Shown: piece by piece, positions 1-12,400 of the stretch | Layout of the letters: each line of letters begins with the position of its first letter | How positions within the stretch are numbered: the stretch's first letter is position 1 | NCBI GenBank assembly: GCA_964234715.1 | Contig: OZ174280.1 | Strand: one strand, 5' to 3' | Length of the DNA stretch: 64,000 nucleotides | From: Podarcis melisellensis | Taxonomy: Eukaryota | Position numbers and translations under genes: made by a program | Notes under the pieces: model-generated | The model's input: the letters and a program-made list of their open reading frames with translations, nothing else | Databases searched by the model: none | Told to the model about the DNA's origin: nothing

Positions 1-105
1 AGCCTAATCTACCTCATAGGGTTGCCGTGAAGATAAAATGGAAGGTAGGAGAGCTGTGTACTCTGTCTTGGGCTTTTTACTAAATTTAGTAAATAATGAA
101 TAAAT
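1..105 (+). mobile_element. CORE-SINE/MIR-like 3' fragment
   Basis: ACCTCATAGGGTTGCCGTGAAGATAAAATG resembles the CORE-SINE/L2-derived 3' segment and ends in an A-rich tail; truncated by the window edge. Family assigned from memory. Confidence 0.4.
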
Positions 106-714
106 CAGAAGAATCAATTTGGCATTGGAGATAGGGAAATGGGAAAACAAGGTTCTTGGTTGGGCTTTGTGTTAATGGGCTCAAATCATCTAATGATCAT
201 CTATTGCTTGGCTAGCTCAGGTGGCCAGAGTGACATGCCAAGGCCATGGATTCAAGGCACAGATCAGATGGCCACTGAAAATGGATGAAACAAGGCCACA
301 GTGGATCGAGCTGATCAGATGATGTCCCCATTTATTGCTTGTTTATGTGCAGTGTCAGCTAAACGGAACTGATCTTTATTACATTCTCACCCATCTCTCC
401 AGCTGTCTTTCTAACACGTGCCAGTCCTGCAGGAGTTCCATTGTCAGACAAGTCAAGGTGAAGTCCACAGCCTGAAAAGGAGCAAAGACTTCAGCATGAT
501 GCCTCCTTTGGAAAGTATCATTACAGACTTATCTGCTTTATCTGTGTGTTCATAAAGCGGTAGTTCCCAGCTTCACAGTACGTTGTGCGGTCTGAAACCC
601 ACCCTAGAGCTCCCGTATTTTGACCAGGGAGAGTCGGAAGTTAAATTGGGATATACTGGCAAATCCCCGGATGACACAGAGAATTTCCACAACAGCAAGT
701 AAAACTGATATATA

Positions 715-958
715 CAGCAGACGCTCGGGTTGCAAACGTGATCCGTGCAGAAGGCGTGTTTGCAACTCGCAGCGCAGTGTCTGCGCACGCATGGGTTGCA
801 ATCTGGCAATTCTGTGCATGCACAAAGCGTGATTTAGTGCTTCTGCACATGCGCAAGCGCTGAACCCAGAAGTAACCCGTTCCTGTACTTCCGGGTTCGG
901 CGCGGTGCGCAACCCGAAAACATGCAACCTGAAGCGTCTGTAACCCGAGGTATGACTG
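715..958. mobile_element. Non-autonomous Tc1/mariner (pogo/Tigger-like) MITE
   Basis: TA flanks; imperfect TIRs CAGCAGACGCTCGGGTTGCA / TGTAACCCGAGGTATGACTG; related to the copy at 34708-34941. Confidence 0.7.
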
Positions 959-1177
959 TATCTGCCATTGCTGACTTTGTAGAAATCACTTATCTCACAG
1001 CCTCATGGTTCCTCACCTGGAAAGCAGGCAGCAATCTTAACACCATACCCAAGAGGAAGCCCTAGTAAATTCAACAGGACTTTCTTCTGAGTACACATAG
1101 GATTGTATTATGGCTGCCCCTGACCAGTTTTAGAGTTCTGTGTTAAAATCCCTAAACTGCAGTAACTTAGATGTTGA

Positions 1178-1209
1178 ATTATTATTTATTTATTTATTTA
1201 TTTATTTAT
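1178..1209 (+). repeat. (ATTT)n microsatellite
   Basis: Tandem ATTT run seen directly. Confidence 0.85.
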
Positions 1210-1599
1210 GTACCGTAGTTCTTGCTACATTACATTTTCATTTGTGTATGTAGTTTATTCCAGTGTATGGTTTGTAGGGTGGAACAGATAATTCTGCTTG
1301 CTGAACCACCCTTTTCCATGGAGTGCCAATCCTGTTCCCACCGCCACCTTTGTACAATGTGGCTCTGTACTGTCCACCCACCCCGGCCAGGATCTTGCTC
1401 CTGACACCATTTGGTAGACCTCAGGATGTGATAGCAATATACAAAGTTGGTTTCAGAAGTCTCAAATTGAACTTCACTCCAGCTCTCTAGCTCCATGCAA
1501 GGAGCCATTTCGGTCCAGAATATTGTGTTTTTGAGCTTCCTGCGAGGCGATTCCATCCGTTTTTGTGGGCAGATTCGAATGTTAATTGAATTAATAAAC

Positions 1600-2120
1600 T
1601 CGTATAACAGGCAGGCGTTTAGGAGACCGTGCCCTTGGCTCTTTTCACAGGCGACTGCAGCTCTGATGTGCTACCACCACATCCTCGAGGAGACACCCGG
1701 CTGCAGCCGAGCCCCTCAATAGCACCCTTCTCCGTACCGGGCCCATCGCACAGCAATAGGACTAGGATCCCCAAAGCGACGCCGGCCGACCAGCAAGACA
1801 TGTAGCCAGACTTAAGGGCGATCTGTCCCATTCTAGAGCCCCCCATGAGAACGGAGGGGTCTCCGGAATCCCTGCAAGAGCCATGCGGTTGCTACGCAAC
1901 CTAGAGCTCCTTCATGACGTCGAGGCATTCTAGAAACCCATCTCCGCCACCGTCCCAGCGGAAGACGCTGCAAAGGTTGCTTACGCCTCTGATTGTTTCT
2001 GGTCCTCGGCGGCCGCCGTCTGCGCGTTTTATACGTCATCCGATTGCGACAACCTGGAAGCAACGGCTTTTCGCAAACTAGGCAGCGTTGTGTTTGAGGA
2101 CTGAGGACTACCGGAAGGTA
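1600..2120. promoter_or_regulatory. CpG-island promoter of SNAPC2, possibly bidirectional
   Basis: CpG-rich. X-box-like palindrome GTTGCTACGCAAC 1888-1900; CRE-like TGACGT at 1915-1920 and, on the minus strand, 2034-2039; minus-strand TATAAAA 2027-2033. Non-coding first-exon donor AAG|GTAACG at 2117/2118 is matched to acceptor TCTCAG| at 2270. Confidence 0.7.
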
Positions 2121-2274
2121 ACGAGCAGCGTTGTGTCTCCTTAGAAGCCAGGAACGGGTGGCTAGAGGTGAGGCGCTAAAGAGAATAGGTGCTGAGCGGG
2201 TGGCAATTGACACCCCTGGGCGTGTTTTCTCCTCTTAGGCTCTTAGCTTTTTCTTGTTTTCTCTTCTCAGCGCC

Positions 2275-4848
2275 ATGAAGCCGCCTTCGAGGCAGCGTTC
2301 AGCCCCTGCTCGCTACAGGACGGCCTCCACGAGCCAGGCTTGGACGGACCCAGAAAAGCGACGCCTTCTTCGGGCCTTGAGAGCTCACGGCCAGGGTCCG
2401 CTGCGGCCCGAGCTGTTGAAGAAGTACCTGCCTTCGAGGGATGAAGAGGAGGTGGGTTGAGGCGTGGCCACGTGGTGGAGGGCAGGATTCGAATTTGGCC
2501 GGGCTGTGAGCTTCCTAACAATCCCACGAGTTGGCGGACTGATGGCCAGCATGCAGGGTTTGGAGACGAGGACTCCATCACTGGTCAGCCATGAGATAAA
2601 TCGTAAGGGAGGACTTGGGAGGATGAATTGGGAGAGACCTGTGCTCCTTTTTTAATCCTTCTACACATTCATCCTGGCAAATCCTAGTTAAAGGGGAGTA
2701 ATTGCAAACTTTCTGCCTTGAAGAAATACTCAGTTTTTATGTCTTCAGAAAGTAGGATACTGTCTTTTCCAAAACATTCCATGTATGTCCCCTAAGTTGT
2801 GCTGCTCTTGCAGATCATGGCATTTGTGGAGCACCTGAAAGAGCGTGTGGCAAAGGAAGCAGTCAAGGAACAATATCAGTATCGCCAGCGTAAACAGAAG
2901 GATGCTCCTATTCCAGCACCTATTGAGGTATGAGAGTTTTAAAAGTGTAGGTAATGTGATATGGCACAACATAAGCTAAAGGCTATTCACACAACTGACA
3001 TTTCCTCTTTTTTAGATATGGACAGAGTTAGCTGAAAAATTGACAGGTCCCCTTGAGGATGCTGTGGCAACTGCTTTTTCCCAGGTAACCTTTTCCATGA
3101 TCTTAATAAGATAGATATTGTTCTTGGTGTAGTAATTTAAGATATCTGTATGTCTCCATCTGACAAAATGTCTCTGAAATACATGGCTCTTTCCTGGTTC
3201 TCTTGGTTCTTGTATAATTTTTCAGACAGATTTAATGCTGGGAAATGTATTTGGTTTACTAGAGAATCCCTGACTGCTTGGCATACAAAGTCCATACTTG
3301 ATTGTGACTTTTTCTCTACTCATTAGGTTTGGACAATTGCATCTACTGAGCCACTCACCTTGCTCCATTCCGTGCCTCCAAAGTCAGTGGTGATAAAGAA
3401 TTCTCAATGTTCATCCCAAAATCTTCATAGTGAGAGTAGGAAATCCAATGAAGAATCTCATGAACCAACTGTATCATCAGATGTAGAGGAAATAGCCCCT
3501 GCAGAAAACAGTGGGTTCCATGTGGACTTTGAAAAGATCTACAAGTACCTTTCTGTGATCTCACGTGGCTGTAAGGCACCTGAACTCCCACCAGGTGGTA
3601 AGTCGGCGTTTGTGTTGGACCAAGATGAATTTAAATAACAGGCAGCTACTGGAAGAAATGTTTCTGCACTGGAATGTGACTCCAGGTAACCAAGACATCT
3701 ATTACAGCATGCCTACTGTATTCTTGGTGCCAGGCAAAAACATTTCTCCTTATGGAAGCTGCCTTATTGAGTTTTATTTGCAATCATTCCATCCCTTCCA
3801 TTTTATTCTGTTGCTTTTTCTTTATTGTGCCATTTTTGTCATCTGCTGTGGAGTTCTATTTCAGCTGAAGGGCTGGACACTAAATCTTAAAAATGCTTCC
3901 CAGAAATGGAGCATCCCCTAGGACTGGAAACACTATGTGTCCTGCCAAAAACTGTACTCCTTCTGCCAAAACTTCCAACTTATTTAGTGCTACTAAAAGC
4001 AACAACCACCTTGCCGGGCATAGTTGGGTAACCTTTGAGGTTACTGTTGTGGATGATGGGTGGGATTTGGGGGACTAAGGAAAACATTTCAGAAGGGAAT
4101 TGTTTGTTATGTTTCTCCCCACCCCCCAGTGAAAATATGAGTGGCCCATGAGCGTGGAGACAGGGAGAGTTTTCCTAGGTGAGAGGAAGCAGCAACTTGT
4201 CATATAATGTAAAACAGATATAAGGTTCTCATCAGATTTCCAGTTTTTAAAATAAAACTTCTTATATAGAAAGTTATCCTTAACGTCCAAGACATAATTT
4301 TTAAAAATCTAAAATAGCTTAGCTGTTAATGTGAGAAAATTTACTACATTTGTTACACATGTTGGAGGCAGGGTGAAGTTTCAGAATCTGTAACTGGAGA
4401 ACAGGAGATAAAAAAATCCTACCTATGTTTCTGCCAAAGTGAGTGTAGCCACTCTCCTCATACATTTTGCTTGCTTTCTGCAGAGTCAGCTGTGGTCCTA
4501 GATTTGCTACTGTCACTGCCAGAAGAGCTGGGCTTTCTGGACTTTAAGAAGCTGAAGAGTCACATGCACAAATGTTACACAGAGTTGAACACCCACTACA
4601 CAGGTGAAAGAAGCAGAATGAAAGAGGGCAACCAGCCTGTAAACAATAATGGGGAGCTATTTCCGCATGTTCAGCCAGCTACTAGTGGCTTACCACAACA
4701 GGAGGAGAGTAGTAGTTCTCCTACCACTTCCAAAGATGATGCAACTTCTGCCTCTGCCATGGACTGGAAGACTCTGGGTATCTGCCCTTTGAATCCATTC
4801 TTGTTTCCTTTAGCTATCCTTGCACGTAAAGAAGAAAGCTTTGACTGA
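2275..4848 (+). CDS. SNAPC2: snRNA-activating protein complex subunit 2 (SNAP45), 331 aa
   Basis: join(2275..2451,2814..2927,3016..3084,3327..3597,4484..4848) = 996 nt, all GT-AG and phase-consistent; Kozak GCCATG. SNAPC2-like motifs MKPP.[82 protein letters not shown]. Confidence 0.93.
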
Positions 4849-5218
4849 GGGAACTGGATTCTGTGCTGCCCAGTAATGAACTATGTCCTCTCATAACATG
4901 TGAGGGAAGGCTAAACAAGCTTGCTGAGCTTTCCTTAGCCATGATCCCCCTCATCGTAGCATGGGGGTTAAGCAGCCTGACCTGCTCTTTTACACCTTGG
5001 CTCATGAGTATACTTGTTTTGTATCAATATTATATGTACACTGAAGTCTGGTCTTACTACTCCATGACAGCTGCTAGATCTTATTTGGCCAGTTGCTATG
5101 TAGCAGCACAGAAAGGGCCTTGAGTGTTAATCTTGACCTTGGTCTACAGATCATTGTGGTTAGTAAAATAAGATGTTGAATATCATTCCTGAGTCACAGA
5201 ATAGTCAAATTATTTTGT

Positions 5219-5224
5219 AATAAA
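5219..5224 (+). other. Candidate SNAPC2 polyadenylation signal
   Basis: AATAAA about 370 nt after the stop codon. Confidence 0.5.
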
Positions 5225-6400
5225 AATGGACTACAAAAATATCAGTTGCAAAGCTGTAATAATCTCATATTACTTGCCAAGTGCCTTTTGCCTTCTACCT
5301 GTAACAAGCTCACCAGGGGTTACCTTCAATATGTTTTGAGGAGCTATAGAAGCCATGAAGGCTTTAACTGAAATAAACTAGGCAAAGTTAACTTATAACA
5401 TGCTTAGGAATGTTACTGTTAAGCAATGCTTGATGATGCGGTATATCTTCTTGGAAGAAATGCCCCCCATCTACCACTAACACAATACTGAACTGTTATA
5501 GTTGCAGGCACTGAAGAATGCAAAGATGAAGTTACTATGTTATAGCATAGAAGCATAAATGCTACAGCAGCCTGTGTCAAAACATAAACCCTCCATGTAG
5601 CATTAGTACTTATTTTATTAAGGAGATATTAGTATGGATATACTTGGACTCATAACAGCTCATAGCAGATTTGCCATAAACTGGTGGGATTGGTGAAAGA
5701 AAGCATACTTTGTAACATAACATAACTAGCACCTTAAGTAAATATTACTTCAAACATAGATTAAATGCACTTCTCAAAATCTGAATTTTAACTGAACCAT
5801 GTTAACTTGGGAAGGAGTTCCTAGCTCCTAAATTGGCAACATGCATATATAGTTTAACAAATTACTACAATTTAGCATCTTTGCTTTATTTATTTTATTT
5901 GAAGAGGCCTCCTGTAGAGAATGTAAATAACAGGCAAGTCCTAGAAGACTAGTGTGCCATCTTTGTAAACTCAGACTCTTGGCATGTTGTACACGCATTA
6001 TGTGCTGCACTGAGAGCAGCAATTTCATTCACTTTTATGTCCTTTAAAAATAAAGTGCATTCTTTATTATTCAGTGTGTCAAACTCTTGCCATAGGTACA
6101 ATACTGTCAATGCTGATGTTTGAATTAAAAGACTTCTTGAAGGTGTGATAGCAGAACATCTTACTACCGTCCTAATAACAGATTTTGGTTAAAAAATTGA
6201 CTTATTTTCATCTCTTGAACTATGATAGCCTGTGGAAAATGTTTCCAGGATGTTGTTCTACTGCTAGAAAACAGAATGATCCTGGAAGTATCAGGAGCTG
6301 CAGTGCAGAAAATCCACGAGCTGATTCTCCATGGAAGAAGTTTTCCACTTAGTGGTGTAGATTCAATAAAAGTACAAGGAGCAATAAAAATATGTAAAGT

Positions 6401-9400
6401 TCAGGCAGCTTCTTCATTTTCTTTATTGGCTTGAATAGAGGAGTGCAGCAAAGCCTAAAGAACAAAAGTAACAAGTTATACACAGATACTCACACTTTGT
6501 ATGATCCCCCAGGGGTGGAGGAAGACGGGGTGTGTGGTGGGGGTGGCCGCCACAGGTGTCGCCACTGAGAGGGGTGACAAAATGCAGGGCAGCACTCACC
6601 ACGGGGCCCGCAGCGCGCCTGAGCCACGCGTCTCTCCTGGGAGTGACACAATGGCTTGGGCGCCTGCAGGCTCTACACTGCCCCAAACGGTCCACCTGAT
6701 GCCTCTCCCTCAGCTGTAGGGTGGCTGAGTGGGAGGAGGCACGCAGACTCCTCAGAGGCCCCACAGAGCGTCCTGTCCCAGCTTGGGTGGCCCTGCCCCT
6801 GGGCACAGGACATGTGTGCCTTCCCAGGTGCCCAGTCAGCTTGCTCCGCCACTGTGATCCCCTGGGGGTGGGGGGCATTTCTGCCATATGGAAGAAAGGG
6901 GCAAGGATTCACTATGACCTTCCACTACTTTTTTCTTTAATAAAGTATGGGCTTGTAACAGTATATTCTTCTTTGGAGAGGGAAATGTAGGGAAGATACA
7001 TTTTGCAATTAGGGCTGCAGACAGATGCTCAAGAGCATTGTGTCTATTTCAGGGTTACAGAGGAATGGTGGCCAGATATCCCTAATTCAAAATGCCATTA
7101 GTCACCTGTGGCGCTTGTTCCAGGCTCCTATATTGCCGTTCCTTTCTCCCACCCTCCTCCCTTTGCAGTTTATACAACACAAAATCAGAATGTCTACGTT
7201 GCAGATGGTTATGGTAGCCTAGTGGCAGATTATCACTTTACCTGGGTTAGAAATTTTTCTTTCTTCAAGTGCTTGTAGAACTGCAACACATATGGATTGG
7301 CTCTCACTACCTTGGGATCAAAATCCAGAACACGAAGACCTGCAAGGCTACGTGCTCGAGAAAGTGCTACATAAGCTTGGCCAAATTCAAAAACACGAGC
7401 CAATGAAATCTCAACGCAGTCCAGAGACATACCCTAGTAAAAGAGAAAAAGTCAGGAAGCAGATACTCCCTAGTTATTCTGATAAGTATGTACACCCCCA
7501 GTACAGTAAAGTACCTATATATTTTATGTATGATGCTTGATTCCGCAAAATGGGTACCAGGCAAATAGGAAGAATTAACACTGCTGAACATTTCCACAGT
7601 TCCCTCACCCTTTATAATTTTGTTTGCAGGGTGGTGTGATTTTCCAGTGTTTCTAGAATAGCCACATGTTGCAAGGAAAACAGCTTGAGTTTGATTGGTG
7701 TACAGGATTGGTCTGCCTAGATTCCACTGACTTATCGGGGGACAAGACAAATGAGCAGATTCTTACAGATCCTGCATAGATGTGGAGCCCAACTGGAAAC
7801 ATCCCAGAACCATAGTAACTTTGGTGGGAGCTTTAGTACAGATAAATCTAGATAAACACAAGTTCCTTACAGACGTCCCATTATGAACCATTTTTACTGT
7901 CTTGAGTTCTTGTACAGAATATCACACAATGTATCACTAACCTGGCTCTTGTGGATGGAAATAGCCCAGGCAAGTTTCAGCGGCAGCTGCTGACGACTCA
8001 GATAAATTCCTGCTGGTCCCTTAAAAACCCATCGTTCCAACCCAACAACATTAGTGACACCACACAGAAATCTCACTTTTGGTAGCCCTGTAGAAAGAGA
8101 GCCATGTCAGAACTTTGATCTCCTATGCCCAGGAGTCAGGGGCAGATAACCTCCCAAATATCTATTGTCTTTAAGGAGATACTGCAAGGCAGCCTAGAAC
8201 TCATCCACTTGAGTTATTGTAAATGGGACACCAGTAGAATAGCAGCTCATGTACAAAAAAATAGATGGCAAAGAACAGCAACTATGTCTCAAAAAATCCA
8301 CCACCACAGCGCAGAGGCACCTACCAAAGTTTCATTGTGAATCTAGAAGAGTTCAGACACAGTGCGAAGAACACCCAGTCATGGGTGATAAGTGCATCTG
8401 TCAGAAACTAACCTTTTCCTTCTGTTTCAAATCCAATCACAACTCCACGAGCCCCATTCACAAGACCTTGGGACACATCAAGATTCTTAGTAAGCATCAC
8501 CTAGTGAAAGAATGTAAAAATTACTAATGAAGAAAAGCGTCATAGCTTTCACCTGTCCAGTCAGTCGACTTTATTGTACATAGTCAGCATTAACAGTAGA
8601 GTCTCAAGAACTGCCACTGAAAACAAACAAGAATGTCCCCACCCTGTTCCTCGGGTAGGGAAAGCCTCATACTTGTTTGGATGTTATTCATTGTATACAC
8701 TTATCCTGCTTTTCAAGAAGGCAGCACACAAGGTAGATAACCAAACGAACAGTCAAATATTAAATACATACATGAGACCAGAAAAAAACAGTAATCCATC
8801 TAATAAAGTGAATAATGTGTTGAAAATGGTAATTGGTCTCAGTTAAACTTTAATATTACAATACTATCTCAGTTAAACAGCATCACAGATTTGCCACCCA
8901 TATTTAATAGCTGGGTGCAGCTCTTAAAAGTCAAGGACTCTGTGGCATTTGGCATGGCCTGACTTCCCAGTTTTGAGGTTTAAAAGTTATTGAAAGCAGT
9001 GCACAACCAGCTCAAATAAAGCAAATGGGAGCCACTAGGGTCCATAAGAGTATCATTTCACTCAGCTGATACTCTAGGTTCTGTCATGTGACGATCTGTC
9101 CAACCTAGCCATGGCAGTGCAGGTAACAATTCCTGAGAAGCTATAATCAGTGCTAGCCAGCCACGCATTTGTAAGAGAGAAATCAGTACTGTATTAATAG
9201 AATGCAAGGAGTAACTGAATTGCTCAGCAGGCAAAACACTGAGCACATATAAATAGCTTGCAGATGTGTCCAAGCCTATAGCTCTGACATTCCAAGCTAC
9301 AGTCAACAATTACCTGTAACTGCCACCATGACTCCCTCAAATGAACTATATAATAGATATTTGTTATAGAAACCATTCATTTTACGATTACTCTGCTTGC

Positions 9401-12400
9401 CTGCTCCTGTAAGATCCAGACAGCATTTGCCTGTAACTCTTTATGCTGTCATATTCTGCATCAAGAGGACTCCAGTATCCTGGGGTTGGGGACCCCTTTT
9501 GTGAGACCCCATGGGAAAGGTGGAGAATACAGGACTGTGGCGCTAGTGTAAGAAGCAGATAACATAAAAACCTTTCCCACCCCCCAAAAAAACCGCAAAA
9601 TTCCATTGCCTACTAAAGAACCGCCTCTCGCTTGGGCAATTCTCACCTGGGCACCTTGTTTAAGTTCAATGTTGCTGCTTACTGGACACTGTGCATCAAG
9701 AGTTTTCACCAGTACAGGGTCACTATCCACTGCCTTGAAGGACCTTCGTTCTCCTAGAAGACAGACAAGATGTAAAAAACTTGCATCCCTCCTACCTGAT
9801 GTGTTTTGAAAGGGTTTCTTCCCAATAGCTGAGCTGCATGTAGGGGGCTCTGCTTCATCCTTCCACAGCCCCAGGTGTTGTGAGCTCCAAGTATTAGGGC
9901 TCTGCGCACTATTCTGAAAGCATAATTCTGTAAACTTCCAGAATTCCAGACAATACGTATCATAATATGTTTCCCATTTCTGCAGATATCAGCAACAGAA
10001 GAAAATATTATAAAATAAATGTGTCCTTGTATTCACCTATCAAAAAGCAGTGGCAAGAGTATCAGGACTGGAAAACTTAACTATTGGTGTCAGTAGGATG
10101 TATTGCCTAATTTTTATAATGGTCTCATGTTGTTTTATTCAGAAAGAAGAGGGGCAGGGCAAGTTCCCAAGGGTTGGTTCCCAGCTCTTAGCTGAAAGTC
10201 TGTCTCCAAAAGGAAAGGGCTACTTGTCACAGTTGGAGTCATTGCAGCATTCTCACCTGGCAACTCATCCAGCCTTCTAGCATTTGTGAGCTCCACATCA
10301 TCCTTGTGCGTGCACAACCGGGTAGCCAAGATTCCATCTTTCTCCACCCGATGGGTAGCTGTTAGAGTTAGCTGTCTGGTAACCTCCTCTGTGCATCTGA
10401 ATGGGGACAATTAAAATTAAGAAGACATTTGTATCTGATGAGAAACATTGAAGACCAAGAAGAACTATCTGCGCCCATTCAAATTACTTTCCATGAGAAC
10501 ATGAGGCCGTAACCAGCACCAAAACATGGAGATCAACTCTGCATCGCTAGTATATGAGCGAGGATGCTTGCAGGTGAAGGAATACCCCAGAAAACACAGT
10601 ACCTCTAAATTCCCCATTCCTCCACACCCAGTGTCTCCCAGCATTTCTCCATGGTTCCTCAAAGAGTACTTGACCCAAATTTCAAACAGTGCAATGAGTT
10701 TAAAGGAAGTATTGGAGCAGGCCAGCCAACTTGACAGAAGCAGCTATATCAGCATTCAAATGTTTGGTGATGTCTCTCTCGACATAGGACTTCCACCCCA
10801 AGAGATTAGAATCTCCCCAGCCAGATATTCTGCTGGGGGACGATGGCATCTCACCTGCCCAGGCGGACAGTATGCAGAAGAGAAATGAAGTCCCTGTCAG
10901 TCTGCCTCCGCACCTCTGTCAGCTCCATGTTCAGGTGGATACACTTGCGCCAGCTCTTTGCCTGTGAAGGAAACCCTTTGATCAAAACTATAGCTCGGCC
11001 TGTGACAAGAGCATGCAGTGACAAAGAGCAACAGCAGCACACCTGGAAACAGAACCTGGGCTGCTCGGAGGATTTGCTGACAGGAGGCAGCTGCAAGAAG
11101 TCTCCACATACGATGAGTTGGATTCCTCCAAATGGATCCTCACATTTCCTGACCGCTCTACGAAAAGAGAATGGAGACACCTTCAGGGAGCTGATTTTAT
11201 TCTGGTCCAAGAGAAAATAAATGCAATACCCTAGACCAAGGATGGGAAGCCTGTGGCCCTCCAGATGTTGTTCTACTGCAGTTCCCATGATGCCTGGCTG
11301 TTGGTCATGCTGCTTGGGACTGATGGGAATTGTAATCCAATTGCATCTGGAAGATTCCCTGTTCTTGCTCTGCATACACATGCTCTGCATATGCTAAGAC
11401 AGAGTAACAAATATAATTAAGTTCTGCTTCTCTCTGTGGCTGCAAACCCCCCTTCTAGGACCACATTATACTTAAGCAGTCATTTTAGAACTATGGTGCA
11501 TGGACAGGAGCATGGGAAACAGGCAGGACTGAAGCACAGAGATGGCAATGCTGACTGGTGGCTCTGGGTGGACACTGGCCACAGCGTTACCAAAACTAGA
11601 TGTGGGACTGAAGAGAATACACGGGCAAAGCTGTGAGTGTGAAACTGTTTGCTGCAGAATTGCATCAAGTTCCTGCTTAGGCAAAACTTTAGAACAACTA
11701 TGCAATGTTTTGTCTTCTGCCCTATTAATACCCTCCCTAAAGCCATGTACACACAGGATTAATGCAAGTGCAGCAATATCCCCCAAAAGGAAGACTCCAC
11801 CCACCTAGCTACTGCCTCCAGTTTATCAAAGAAATCTCCCTCCACCATAGAGATTTCATCTATGATCAGATGGCGGCTGTTCAGCCATTGTTGCCGAATT
11901 CCGGGTCTCTGAGCCAGCTCAATGCACTGATGTAGGGAGGCCTTTCCTGACCCGATACCTATCAAAGGAGAGGGGAAAGAGTATGTCAGCAGCAGTGGCG
12001 TAGCGTGGGTTGTCAGCACCCGGGGCAAGGCAAGTAATTTGCACCCCCTAACCCGTGGATTTGTGCCCCCTAACCCGTGGATTTGCGCCCCCTAACCCTA
12101 ACCCCCAGATGTTGCGCCCGGCCCCCCCTGCACCCCTGCTATGCCACTGGTCAGCAGTAACCCATCACTAGGCTCTTTTTCGCTTCCCTCCTTTCCCAGG
12201 ATCCCAGTTACCTGCAAAGGCATGGAGAGTAGTGCCACCAATCTGACATGCTGCCACCCCTGTGCTGGCTGTGGCGTAAGTGCTGTTTGGAGGCAGCGAG
12301 GCTATGATCTTTTTCAGCAGGTAGGATTTCCCAGTCCCTACAGAGAGAGCCCTTGTATTTAGAGGCACACAATCTAAATTTCAGTTTTACAATTACTCCA

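Noticed and set aside
573-927. Overlapping Cys/Arg-rich ORFs on both strands
   Set aside because: They lie mostly in a palindromic MITE (715-958) and show no coding signature.
1230-1556. 108-aa minus-strand ORF MESPRRKLK...
   Set aside because: No recognisable domain and no convincing splice context; consistent with chance.
6423-6990. 154-aa and neighbouring GC-rich ORFs
   Set aside because: Explained by the hAT MITE at 6510-6854.
12037-12106. 22-bp repeats as a CRISPR array or true interstitial telomere
   Set aside because: Eukaryotic DNA with no spacers; at most two consecutive CCCTAA units, all inside a TIR/TSD-bounded element.
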